Source of the DNA: a virus
Taxonomy: Duplodnaviria > Caudoviricetes
Virus record (IMG/VR): IMGVR_UViG_3300032074_000002
Coordinates: 7,526-71,525 of that record
DNA: 64,000 nt
Direction: 5' to 3' (one strand)
The position numbers were made by a program, and so were the translations under genes. A model generated the notes under the pieces. That model ran no database searches. It saw nothing but the letters and a program-made list of their open reading frames with translations, and was not told the origin of the DNA. Below, in pieces: positions 8,696 through 17,487 of the stretch. Numbering within the stretch: position 1 is the first letter of the stretch; each line of letters begins with the position of its first letter.

Positions 8696-9013
8696 GTGAC
8701 GACGAACATACCGCCCGAGGAGTGGCATAGCGAGGGCATCCAGCGCGTCGAAGCTGATCGCGTAGAACGAACGCGAGCACAGTTCGACCGTGACATCGAG
8801 TATCACACCAAGGCTGGGTCTCACCTGTGGATCGCAACTGTCGTCTACAGGCTGAGTCAGCAGGGTGCCGAGAGCATCGCCAAGCGCGAGGAGAGTTTCG
8901 AGCCTCGCATGGACATGGAGAACCTCTACACCGTAGAGTTCGGCTGCTACATCTGCGAGCAGCCGCTGCTCCGTACCAACGTGAATAAGCGCTGCTCGGG
9001 TGATCCGAGATGA
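8696..9013 (+). CDS. Hypothetical protein (CYIC...C)
   Basis: GTG directly after previous stop. Confidence 0.7.
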   Translation: MTTNIPPEEWHSEGIQRVEADRVERTRAQFDRDIEYHTKAGSHLWIATVVYRLSQQGAESIAKREESFEPRMDMENLYTVEFGCYICEQPLLRTNVNKRCSGDPR

Positions 9014-9186
9014 GTAAGTGGAAGTATCTCGTCCGCGGCTACTACGCTGACGACGTGAAGCTGCCAAAGAAGCCGGGCGACCTGGCAATCGAGATCGGCT
9101 GCGCTAATGAGGCCGCCCGCGACCTGGAGATCCAGGTTCTGGAGCGGCGAAGCGATATCGGCACGGTCGAATGGGGGCTGACATGA
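9010..9186 (+). CDS. 58-aa hypothetical protein (not in track)
   Basis: MSKWKYLVRGYYADDVKL...; ATGA overlaps at both ends. Confidence 0.65.
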   Translation: MSKWKYLVRGYYADDVKLPKKPGDLAIEIGCANEAARDLEIQVLERRSDIGTVEWGLT

Positions 9187-10640
9187 CCTACGCCAAGACG
9201 CTGGAGGGGGGTCGTGGCTCCCTCGCTCCGTGGATCAAAGATGACATTAAGTTCTACCCCCACCAGATCGAGGGAATCAGAACACTGGCGCGGTGGCGGA
9301 GCTTCATCCTGGCCGACGACATGGGCCTGGGCAAGTCGCTCCAGAGCCTCGTGGTATTCGGCATGGACGTGTATCGCGGCTGGGCCAAGACCTGTGTCAT
9401 CGTCGCACCGGTGTCGCTGAAGGCGAACTGGGGCGAAGAGATCGAGCACTTCACCGGCTTCGACTATATGATCTTGGACGGCACCCCCACCAAGCGCCGC
9501 GAGCAGCTGGAGCAGTTCGCTGCCATGGATGGACCTCGAATCCTGATCTGTAACTACGAGCAGGTCGGCGGTCACCTAAGCCAGCTAAACGCCATGAACT
9601 TCGACGTTGCGATCTTCGACGAGGCTCACTACCTTAAGAACCCGAAGTCGCAGCGAACAAAGGCGTGTCAGCAGCTGTGGTCGCGCCGATCCTTCCTGCT
9701 CACGGGCACGCCGGTCCTCAATAAGGCCGACGAGCTATGGAGCCTGCTGCATCGGATCGACCCTGACACCTATCCGAACTACTGGAGCTTCGTCAACCGC
9801 TACTGCGTCTTTGGCGGGTACAAGGACAAGCAGATCATTGGAGTCAAGAACGAGCCCGAGTTGACCGACCGCGTGCAGCGGGTCATGCTGCGTCGGCTCA
9901 AGAAAGATGTTCTCGATCTGCCCGACGTACAGATCATCAAGCGCTATGTGGAACTCACTCCGCAGCAGCGAAAGATCTACGATCAGGTGGCGCTGGAGCT
10001 AGTCCTGGAGCGAGTAGATTCAGATACTCCCGACGACATCGAGAATGCGCTGACAAAGTTCCTGCGACTCAAGCAGATCTGCGGAACGACGTTCCCGTTC
10101 ACAGGCGAAGACCACTCGGCAAAGCTCGATGCTGCGATCGACGATGACATCGTGATTCTGTCGGGCGGTCACAAGATCGTAGTGTTCACTCAGTTCCGTG
10201 ATGTACAGGACTGTTACGGACGGCGGTTACAAAAGGCCGCACCAGGGATTCCTTACTTCACCCTATCAGGTGATGTTAAGGCGCAAGACCGTCAGGGGAT
10301 TGTCAACCAGTGGAAGAACGTCAGCGGAGCGGCTGTTATCTGCTGTATGCTACAGGTCGCTGGTGTTGGTCTGAATCTGACTGCCGCACGTCATGGGAGT
10401 TTTCTGGACGAGTTGTTCGTGCCTGGCCTGAATCAGCAGGCGATCGACCGGCTCAATCGTATCGGTGCTTCCACTACGCAGGCTATCCAGATCCGCAAGT
10501 ACATCGCACGGAATACGATCGACAGTCGTATCCAAGCGATCTTGAGCAGCAAGACAAAGCTTACCAAGACCCTGATCGAGACTGACCCGGCATGGAAAGC
10601 TAAGGTGCTCCGTGCCCTCAAGGAAGAGTTTGTAGCATGA
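9183..10640 (+). CDS. SNF2-family SF2 helicase/ATPase
   Basis: LADDMGLGKS, DEAH, LTGTP, GVGLNLT, QAIDRLNRIG. Confidence 0.93.
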   Translation: MTYAKTLEGGRGSLAPWIKDDIKFYPHQIEGIRTLARWRSFILADDMGLGKSLQSLVVFGMDVYRGWAKTCVIVAPVSLKANWGEEIEHFTGFDYMILDGTPTKRREQLEQFAAMDGPRILICNYEQVGGHLSQLNAMNFDVAIFDEAHYLKNPKSQRTKACQQLWSRRSFLLTGTPVLNKADELWSLLHRIDPDTYPNYWSFVNRYCVFGGYKDKQIIGVKNEPELTDRVQRVMLRRLKKDVLDLPDVQIIKRYVELTPQQRKIYDQVALELVLERVDSDTPDDIENALTKFLRLKQICGTTFPFTGEDHSAKLDAAIDDDIVILSGGHKIVVFTQFRDVQDCYGRRLQKAAPGIPYFTLSGDVKAQDRQGIVNQWKNVSGAAVICCMLQVAGVGLNLTAARHGSFLDELFVPGLNQQAIDRLNRIGASTTQAIQIRKYIARNTIDSRIQAILSSKTKLTKTLIETDPAWKAKVLRALKEEFVA

Positions 10641-10855
10641 TGACGCAAGGCGTCGAAGACCCGCTCTGGCCGATCAAACGCGTGGCGGCGTACTTCGCAG
10701 TACAGGAGTCCACCGTACTTCGATGGATACAGGAGGAGAAGCAGTCCCCAGGGACAGGGATGAAGGCCGAGAAAATCAACAACCGCTGGCGTGTATCTCA
10801 GTCTGAGGTTTACGCCTACCGTGACCGCAAGTACGCCGAAGGAGCAAAGGCATGA
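10637..10855 (+). CDS. Excisionase-like HTH DNA-binding protein
   Basis: VAAYFAVQESTVLRWI...KINNRWRVSQSEV. Confidence 0.85.
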   Translation: MMTQGVEDPLWPIKRVAAYFAVQESTVLRWIQEEKQSPGTGMKAEKINNRWRVSQSEVYAYRDRKYAEGAKA

Positions 10856-11418
10856 ACACTCTCAACCCCGACACTCACCTGCTGCTGTGTGACCTGGAGA
10901 CGACAGGCCTCGACCCACGCGACGACTTGATCCTCGAGGTCGGCTTCGTCATCACGACGCTCGACTTCAAGATGGTCGCCATGTTCACAGAGGTGGTTGA
11001 CCCCGGCCATCAGATCTGGTGGGGGGGGCTCGATACCTGGGTCCAGCAGACACACAAGAACAGCGGCCTGCGTGACGCGATCGACAATGGCAAGGGTCGT
11101 GACGTAGGCGACGTTGAAGCTGACCTGTGCGAATGGTACGAGGAATGGTTCGGCGAGGCGAAGGTGCCGCTCGTTGGCAGCTCGGTCCACTTCGACCGTG
11201 GCTTCCTGGTTGAGCACATGCCGGAGTTCGCGGAGCAGGTTCACTATCGGAACATCGACTTCAGCTCCGTCAAGGAGCTGTGTCGTCGGTATAACCCCGA
11301 GGTTTACGCGAAGCTGCCTCGCAAGAAAGAACTGCACCGGGCGATCCCCGACCTGGAGGACACGGTGGGTGAGGCGCGCTTCTACGTGGACAACTTCCTG
11401 CACGCGACGCGGGGCTGA
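10852..11418 (+). CDS. orn: Oligoribonuclease-like DEDDh 3'-5' exonuclease
   Basis: DLETTGLDP, GSSVHFDRGFL, HYRNIDFSSVKEL, HRAIPD. Confidence 0.9.
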   Translation: MNTLNPDTHLLLCDLETTGLDPRDDLILEVGFVITTLDFKMVAMFTEVVDPGHQIWWGGLDTWVQQTHKNSGLRDAIDNGKGRDVGDVEADLCEWYEEWFGEAKVPLVGSSVHFDRGFLVEHMPEFAEQVHYRNIDFSSVKELCRRYNPEVYAKLPRKKELHRAIPDLEDTVGEARFYVDNFLHATRG

Positions 11419-11427
11419 GCGCTGAGC

Positions 11428-11706
11428 ATGGCGCGACAACATCCTGGCGACTGGGCGCGTGACAATCCGCACGCAACCGCAAGTGCCATGGGCAAGTACA
11501 TCAAGGATTCCAGTAAGATCAACTCGGGATCGGTGACGGTGAGATCGCTCGAAGAGTTAGAACAGTTGCAGCTCAACGCCATGGCACCGTTTAAGTCCAG
11601 TGATGGATCGTGCGTCGTCTGCGGCGGTGACGTGCGCCTGATGACCTACAAGGGTACTGCGATCTGTTCACAGAAGTGCGAGAAGCTCTTCAAGGGGGAG
11701 AAGTAA
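11428..11706 (+). CDS. Hypothetical protein with TRASH-like CxxC...CSxxC
   Basis: CVVC...ICSQKC. Confidence 0.7.
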   Translation: MARQHPGDWARDNPHATASAMGKYIKDSSKINSGSVTVRSLEELEQLQLNAMAPFKSSDGSCVVCGGDVRLMTYKGTAICSQKCEKLFKGEK

Positions 11707-11961
11707 TTGGCAACTGTGATCCACAATCCGATCGAACTTCCCGACCCGCCCGAGGGTGAGGGGTCCTGGAAGTATGCGCTTATCGGAGAGACTCTTGCCG
11801 AGAGTCCCGAGGGTAAGGAGCTGATCGAGCGCATGGAGTCTCAGGACATCATCGTCGAAGTTCTCATCGACGGCGGCAACGTGCTGCACACGATGGTCCA
11901 GGTACCCCGTGAGGTTCAGCTGCGGGCGTTCCACCCGGACGAGAGGATTCGCAAGCCGTGA
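11707..11961 (+). CDS. Hypothetical protein
   Basis: TTG start directly after previous stop, GGGGAG RBS; GTGA overlap with next gene. Confidence 0.65.
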   Translation: MATVIHNPIELPDPPEGEGSWKYALIGETLAESPEGKELIERMESQDIIVEVLIDGGNVLHTMVQVPREVQLRAFHPDERIRKP

Positions 11962-13124
11962 CGAAGGCAGTCTTTGAGACGGCCGGACTTCAGGACGTGC
12001 TCAAGAAGGTGAAGAGCATCGCTCCGAGTCGGGGGCAGGCTTTCGACAAGGCTGCCGGAATCGTCATCAGGCTCGACCCGGCCATGGCTGGGTATGCGAT
12101 CATCGAGGCGACTAACCTGGATCTGTACTACAGGGAGTGGCTTCCGCTCATCGAGTCTGACGCTACCCGAGATGTTGCCTGGCGGGTGGCGGCGAAGATC
12201 GCTGACGTGATCGCAACGCTACCGATCGGGTCGGGTAAGACTGTTACGCTCGACGATGCCGTTAAGGAGGGCGGTCGCACACTGACCGTCAAGTCTGGTC
12301 GAATGAAGAACAACTGGCAGTTATTGCCGATCGAGTACTATCCCGAGTGGGAGACCTTCGATCCTGAGGACCTAACGCCGATCGACAATTTCGGTAGCAG
12401 AATCTCGATGGTCGAGTGGGCGACAGATTCCAACGAAGCTGCCGTTCCTCAGAACGGAGTTAACTTCGACGGCGAGTGGGCGACGGCGACCGATACCTAC
12501 AAGCTCGCTCGCGTACCACTGAAGATCGGCGCGGGATGGGCGACGGATCGCACTGTAACCGTCCCCTGTAAGTTGCTCGCGTCCCTCGTAAAGCAAACCG
12601 GCACGGTGTCGGTGGGGGCGACGGACAACCAGTTGCTCGTCATGCCGGACCCGTCCGTTCAGATCCGAACGACGCTTTACGGGGTGGCGTACCCGACTGC
12701 TGGTGTCGAGCGCATCGTCGCAAACGAGTACGACGGATACTTTGAAGCTCCCAAGGGAGCCTTCCTCGACCTGTTCACCAGGGCGATGGTCGTGCTCGGT
12801 GCTGACCGATTCCCGATGATTGACCTGTTCATCGGGAAGGGCGCTGTAGCTGTATACGCTCTGGACGAAGAGGAGGGCGACCTGGGTGACGTTCTCGACC
12901 TGCCAGGGTTTGCCGCGCACGACAGGATCAACTACCTCTTCACGCCAAAGTTTCTGATGGAAGCCATTGACAAGTGTCCGGGTGATCGGGTACAAGTCCG
13001 GTATGACACCAGCAATCCGCTTCGGATCATGAGAATCTCTGACGGCGGAAGCTACAACTGCTGGGTGGTGCCCAGGCGCAACCGACCAAAGCCTGCCGAC
13101 GCAGAGTCAACAAAGGAGTCCTGA
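11958..13124 (+). CDS. dnaN: DNA polymerase III beta sliding clamp homologue
   Basis: 388 aa; ATNLD, ATDTYKLA, YP...ERIV and FTPKFLMEAI match DnaN repeat motifs. Confidence 0.8.
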   Translation: MTKAVFETAGLQDVLKKVKSIAPSRGQAFDKAAGIVIRLDPAMAGYAIIEATNLDLYYREWLPLIESDATRDVAWRVAAKIADVIATLPIGSGKTVTLDDAVKEGGRTLTVKSGRMKNNWQLLPIEYYPEWETFDPEDLTPIDNFGSRISMVEWATDSNEAAVPQNGVNFDGEWATATDTYKLARVPLKIGAGWATDRTVTVPCKLLASLVKQTGTVSVGATDNQLLVMPDPSVQIRTTLYGVAYPTAGVERIVANEYDGYFEAPKGAFLDLFTRAMVVLGADRFPMIDLFIGKGAVAVYALDEEEGDLGDVLDLPGFAAHDRINYLFTPKFLMEAIDKCPGDRVQVRYDTSNPLRIMRISDGGSYNCWVVPRRNRPKPADAESTKES

Positions 13125-13504
13125 TGCCCGTACTTGACCCGACGGTTGTCCCATCTGTTCACGATCACTGGTGGTACCTTTCGGGGCCGATCAGTGGGGA
13201 CATTGAGGGCAACCTTCTCAAGTTCAAGGAAGCTGCCGAGGAACTGCGCAAGCGCAGCTACAAACTGATCTCGCCAACCGAGGTCTGCGACATCGTGTCG
13301 AACCCCGCCTTGGCGGATATGTCCTGGGACTGGTTCATGCGCCGGGACATCGAGGCGATGCTAGGTGACCACGTAGGCGGGATCATTCTGCTCCCCGGCT
13401 GGGAAGCCTCACGCGGCGCCCGGACGGAACTATACCTCGCGAGGGCACTCGACTACAACATTGTCGAGTACAAGCAGTGCCTCTTGCGGGGCGTCAATGC
13501 CTAA
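13124..13504 (+). CDS. DUF4406 / nucleoside deoxyribosyltransferase-like protein
   Basis: YLSGPISG...MRRDIEAML...LPGWEASRGARTELYLA. Confidence 0.82.
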   Translation: MPVLDPTVVPSVHDHWWYLSGPISGDIEGNLLKFKEAAEELRKRSYKLISPTEVCDIVSNPALADMSWDWFMRRDIEAMLGDHVGGIILLPGWEASRGARTELYLARALDYNIVEYKQCLLRGVNA

Positions 13505-13829
13505 ACACAGAGACGGAGAGACAGTCAGAATGCTGCGCATCCCACCGGCCGACAGGGCCGACAGTATCGCAACCAGCGAGATTCCCCGACAGGAGGAGAA
13601 GGTGCGCGAGGATCACTGGGGTGAGGCTACAGGGCGAGTTCCCCGCAACGACACAGAGTTCGTCGAGACTCACGAAGAGACCCGCCCGCCGTGGATGACC
13701 CCCGAGGAGATCAAGGAGCGTAACATCGCCTTTATGACAGCGGCTGTGTTGTGGTTCCTGCTCACCTGTGGGGCCGCAATCGTCGCCGTGTTCGTTCTCA
13801 AGCTGATCGGTCATCTGATCGGTGTCTGA
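13497..13829 (+). CDS. Single-pass membrane protein
   Basis: C-terminal hydrophobic helix; overlap coupling. Confidence 0.7.
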   Translation: MPKHRDGETVRMLRIPPADRADSIATSEIPRQEEKVREDHWGEATGRVPRNDTEFVETHEETRPPWMTPEEIKERNIAFMTAAVLWFLLTCGAAIVAVFVLKLIGHLIGV

Positions 13830-14337
13830 GAACGAACGCTGGTACGTCCTGCACATCAACCCAGAACCGTGGGCTGTTGGTCCCCTCGATCTTCTCCGTC
13901 GAGGGGGCAAGCTCGCCCCGACCATGGGCCGCAACCAGCAGGTTCACATGTACCAGCAAGCAGTCGCCGGGGAGCTTGCCGTCAAGTACGGTGCGCTCCC
14001 CGGCGCACCGCTGGCTCCGTGTTACGAGTTGGACTTCTGGTTCTGGCGGAATACCGAGCGAGGCAACTATGCCGACGCTACGAACCTTCAGAAGGCGACT
14101 GAGGATGCCCTCCAGGGTATCCTCATCGACAATGACCGAGATGTCGTCCGGGCGCAGTCCTGGGTAGCCGCACAGGGGCCTGCGGTAGCCGGTGCTGTAG
14201 CGTTCCGGGTCCGATGGGGTGTCGCCCGATCAGGCAGGGATGTATGTATGGGCCTGGCCGACGAGATTCTCGATCAGGTGGCAAGTAATCCGACGGTGAC
14301 TCAGGTGAGTGATAACTCATGGCCCCCAAGGACTTAG
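13822..14337 (+). CDS. rusA: RusA-like Holliday junction resolvase
   Basis: DATNLQKATEDALQGILIDNDRDV fits the RusA DxxNxxKxxxDAL motif. Confidence 0.85.
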   Translation: MSENERWYVLHINPEPWAVGPLDLLRRGGKLAPTMGRNQQVHMYQQAVAGELAVKYGALPGAPLAPCYELDFWFWRNTERGNYADATNLQKATEDALQGILIDNDRDVVRAQSWVAAQGPAVAGAVAFRVRWGVARSGRDVCMGLADEILDQVASNPTVTQVSDNSWPPRT

Positions 14338-14528
14338 TAATCTTGATAAAGCACTACTACAAGATCAGCACAATCGTAGCAGTCGCAGTAATAACACTTG
14401 TTGTCTTTCGCCAGGTAACGGGGCCGCCCTGGCTGGGATTAGCAGCTTTGTGCGTCCTAGCCGTGTGGGCTGTCTGGGCAGGACTGTTCATACATCGCGT
14501 CCGACAGGAGCACAGACAGTGGCGATGA
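14319..14528 (+). CDS. Small two-TM membrane protein
   Basis: Two hydrophobic stretches; overlap coupling. Confidence 0.65.
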   Translation: MAPKDLVILIKHYYKISTIVAVAVITLVVFRQVTGPPWLGLAALCVLAVWAVWAGLFIHRVRQEHRQWR

Positions 14529-14965
14529 TCGAAGTCAAGCTGACAGTGTACGGCGAAGAGTACGCGATAGTGCGTATTGACGACATGCTTGACAGTCGTA
14601 GCACTGATCTGGCAAACTACTCCATCACGGCCGCGCTGCACGGACTCATCGAAGACAGTCTCTGGCGTCGGGCGTTGCCTGGCATCGAGAAGTACAAGGT
14701 CAACCCGTTGGGCCTCCTGAAGGCCGCGCTAGATCGACTGCCTGAGGAGGCGTTCAGTGGCGAAGCTTTTCCATCAAATCTGGCACGGCGACAGCAGGGA
14801 GCTGTGCAAGAAGTTCAAGCCGGGCCGGGTCAACTGCATCATCACGGACCCTCCGTTCGGGGTGGACAATCAGTCGAACATGGCGGTGACCAAGGAGGGC
14901 AAGGAGTACGCTCGGAAGATTGCGGGCGACGCGAGCCCAGAAGAGGCTTTGACGCTTTTTTCTGA
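14525..14965 (+). CDS. Hypothetical protein; 3' end overlaps the methyltransferase
   Basis: ATGA coupling at 14525; MIEVKLTVYGEE...LLKAALDRL. Confidence 0.6.
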   Translation: MIEVKLTVYGEEYAIVRIDDMLDSRSTDLANYSITAALHGLIEDSLWRRALPGIEKYKVNPLGLLKAALDRLPEEAFSGEAFPSNLARRQQGAVQEVQAGPGQLHHHGPSVRGGQSVEHGGDQGGQGVRSEDCGRREPRRGFDAFF

Positions 14966-15488
14966 GGTCATGGAGGCGCTGCTTCCGGCTACGGCTGACA
15001 ACTGTGACCTCTACATCGTCACCGCTCATCAGGTGCTGGAGCGGTGGCTGGATATGGCGAAGTCCAACGCGATGCTTCGTCATGGCTTCAAGTACAAGGC
15101 AATCCTGGTATGGGAGAAGGACGGCCCAGGCATGGGCGACCTTAACTCTTGGGGTCAGGGGCATGAGTTCATCCTATACCTCAAGAAGGGTAACCGTGTC
15201 AACTCGGACAAGAGGCGCTCGGGTGTCATTCATGTGCCACAGTTGCGGCCGAATCAGCTCATCCATCCCCACGAGAAGCCGACGGCGCTGTTGGAGATGT
15301 TTCTTCGTCAGTCCACTGATCCTGGCGACTTCGTTGTTGATCCCTTTGGAGGATCGGGCAGCCTGGTACGAGCAGCTCGCAACTGCCAACGCAGCGCGGT
15401 GGCTATCGAGTACGACGAGAAGAACTACAAGCTTGCTCTTGACAAGCTTGAGGGCGGCGAAGGGATGGACCTCTTCGGCGCTGCGTAG
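14757..15488 (+). CDS. N6A/N4C DNA methyltransferase (beta class)
   Basis: TDPPFG (motif IV) before HPHEKP and VDPFGGSGS (motif I); GAGGAGG RBS. Confidence 0.92.
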   Translation: MAKLFHQIWHGDSRELCKKFKPGRVNCIITDPPFGVDNQSNMAVTKEGKEYARKIAGDASPEEALTLFSEVMEALLPATADNCDLYIVTAHQVLERWLDMAKSNAMLRHGFKYKAILVWEKDGPGMGDLNSWGQGHEFILYLKKGNRVNSDKRRSGVIHVPQLRPNQLIHPHEKPTALLEMFLRQSTDPGDFVVDPFGGSGSLVRAARNCQRSAVAIEYDEKNYKLALDKLEGGEGMDLFGAA

Positions 15489-15501
15489 AGCGTAAGAACT
15501 T

Positions 15502-15540
15502 AGGCCCCCGTGGCTTTACACTGTAAAGTCACGGGGGCCT
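15502..15540 (+). terminator. 39-bp near-perfect inverted repeat (terminator or DNA dyad site)
   Basis: AGGCCCCCGTGGCTTTACA-C-TGTAAAGTCACGGGGGCCT. Confidence 0.6.
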
Positions 15541-15649
15541 TGCTCTGTGTAGGCCGATAGCGTATCGGCGCGTCGTCTACCATAGAGCCCCGGCCATGTG
15601 CCATTATTGCTCTAACGCCAATCCTGCACGCCCGACAATGGGGGAAAAG

Positions 15650-16042
15650 ATGCACACAGACGAAGATGGAGTGCGCGACATCGGGTCGCCCTTCAAGGTG
15701 TTCAGTCCTTTGGACATGAGCAGCCTGTATGACGTAGACTTCGCACCACAGCCGGTCAGTGTCCGCGACGTTCACCCGTCCGAGCTGGCGGCCAACCCAA
15801 AAGACGAGGAGTCCTCGTCTGCACAGGAGTCTGTCGAGGACTCTACGACGCCGGAGAAGTCGAACTCACCAGATCCCCTGGAGAACCCTGCGCCTGTGGA
15901 GAGGGAGCCAGTACCGACGGGCCTGGAGGATCTAGTTTCATCGAACGAAACGAGTCCTGGCGACGAGACGCCGCCTGCCGCGACGCCCCCATTACCCCCG
16001 GGCAAGACCCCTTCTTCCCGGAGCGCGGTCAAGTCAAACTAG
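15650..16042 (+). CDS. Acidic, disordered hypothetical protein (0-frame partner of WhiB)
   Basis: GGGGA RBS before ATG 15650 (alternative starts 15596, 15638); GAG-rich codons. Confidence 0.6.
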   Translation: MHTDEDGVRDIGSPFKVFSPLDMSSLYDVDFAPQPVSVRDVHPSELAANPKDEESSSAQESVEDSTTPEKSNSPDPLENPAPVEREPVPTGLEDLVSSNETSPGDETPPAATPPLPPGKTPSSRSAVKSN

Positions 16043-16170
16043 CCAACGAGGCTAAGATGAAGTACTGCTTCCCGTGTCCGGTGCGTCGCCAATGTGACGA
16101 GTACCGCCAGGAGACAGACAGTAGATACGGAATCTGGGGGGGTAACCAGTACAATGACTCTGGAGAGTAA
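15796..16170 (+). CDS. whiB: WhiB-family Fe-S transcription factor domain with no canonical start upstream of the domain
   Basis: WRRDAAC-x29-CFPC-PVRRQ-C...YGIWGG; frame open 15733-16170; only ATG (16057) lies inside the domain; missed by track. Confidence 0.85.
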   Translation, partial: PKRRGVLVCTGVCRGLYDAGEVELTRSPGEPCACGEGASTDGPGGSSFIERNESWRRDAACRDAPITPGQDPFFPERGQVKLANEAKMKYCFPCPVRRQCDEYRQETDSRYGIWGGNQYNDSGE

Positions 16171-16173
16171 CCG

Positions 16174-16296
16174 ATGAGCCCGCTTGTAGCGCTCATCATG
16201 CTGACCGTAGTCGAGGCAGCAGCAGTCGCAGTGTGGGCACGGTGTACCCTACGGAGGGTACTTGGCTTTGGCCCTGGACGGAGCTGGTTCGCATGA
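16174..16296 (+). CDS. 40-aa membrane peptide (not in track)
   Basis: GGAG RBS, hydrophobic N-terminus, ATGA overlap with nuclease. Confidence 0.55.
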   Translation: MSPLVALIMLTVVEAAAVAVWARCTLRRVLGFGPGRSWFA

Positions 16297-17480
16297 TTCC
16301 CACCAGCCTGAGCGCCACGGCACTGGACACGGCTACCAAGTGCCTTGCCCGCTACGCCGCCGAGAACATTAACAAGAATCGCACCGGCGGCTCCATGCCA
16401 GCCATGCTGGGCACGTCCTGCCATAATGCCCTAGAGCAGTACGTCAAGGACTGCTACATGGGCGAGGTGCGGACGACGCCTTCGCTGAACCTGCTGCTTG
16501 ACTACTACAAGATGCACTTCATGGTCGAGTTCGACACTGCCGACCCGCTGGGCGATCCTGCCTACGAGGACGGTGTGCAGATGCTGACCAACTGGTACGA
16601 GCGAAGTAACTTCGACGGCTTCGAAGTTGTCTCGGTCGAGGAGAAGACGCCGTACCAGCTCAACGTTCAGGACTCGGCTGGGACGAACTACACCATCCCC
16701 TTTAACTACATCTTCGACCGCCTGGACCGCCTGGACGAGACGACATACAGGGTCGTGGATTACAAGACCTGGCGCGGGCTCCTCCAGCCGGATGATCTGT
16801 TTGGCAAGATTCAGGCTCGCGTGTACGGTCTGATGTGTCAAATCCAGTATCCGCACGCCGAAAAGATCTGGGTCCAGTTCGATCAGCTCCGCGGTGATAC
16901 CGTAGGAGTTGTGTTCACCAAGGCTGACAATGCGAACACCTGGCGCTACATCAAGAAGTGGGCCAGGAAGATCTTGGATACCAAGATCGAGGATGCCGTC
17001 GAGACGATCAACCCTGATTGCAAGTGGTGCATCCGAAAGACGACCTGTACTACACTCAAGAAGAACATCGCGGCGGGCGGGATCGCTGGCCTGCCTGTGA
17101 TCGAGATGATCGACAGACGCGCCATGATCGACCAGCAGATGGAGGCGCTTAAGTGGGCCGCCGCCGAGCTGGAAGAGGCTCTGCTTAAGGCCGCCCAGAA
17201 CGAGGATGTTGAGCATCTGGAGAGCTATAATCACCGAGTCTACTGGACTCGCTCTTCACGGCGTCAGATCGAACGCATGGACATCCTCGAGAAGATCATC
17301 GGTCCACAGCTGATGGAGCGTGTAGGCAAGACCAGTGTCTCCATGACGACGCTCGACAAGCTTCTCAAGGGCAAGGAGTTGACCGCCGAACAGAAGTCTC
17401 AGATCAAAGGACTCGTTACCAATAAGTATGGCGAGCCGTCTCTCAAGACAAAGCCGCTCAGTAAGATTGACGAGAAATGA
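16293..17480 (+). CDS. PD-(D/E)XK RecB/Cas4-like exonuclease
   Basis: IFDRLD...VVDYKT...QARVY; N-terminal Cys plus CKWCIRKTTC cluster; helical C-terminus. Confidence 0.88.
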   Translation: MIPTSLSATALDTATKCLARYAAENINKNRTGGSMPAMLGTSCHNALEQYVKDCYMGEVRTTPSLNLLLDYYKMHFMVEFDTADPLGDPAYEDGVQMLTNWYERSNFDGFEVVSVEEKTPYQLNVQDSAGTNYTIPFNYIFDRLDRLDETTYRVVDYKTWRGLLQPDDLFGKIQARVYGLMCQIQYPHAEKIWVQFDQLRGDTVGVVFTKADNANTWRYIKKWARKILDTKIEDAVETINPDCKWCIRKTTCTTLKKNIAAGGIAGLPVIEMIDRRAMIDQQMEALKWAAAELEEALLKAAQNEDVEHLESYNHRVYWTRSSRRQIERMDILEKIIGPQLMERVGKTSVSMTTLDKLLKGKELTAEQKSQIKGLVTNKYGEPSLKTKPLSKIDEK

Positions 17481-17487
17481 GAGGTAC

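Noticed and set aside
14757-15488. Restriction-modification system
   Set aside because: No cognate endonuclease adjacent; orphan phage methyltransferase
16293-17480. CRISPR-associated cas4
   Set aside because: Solo Cas4/RecB-like nucleases are common in phage recombination modules; no cas1/cas2 here
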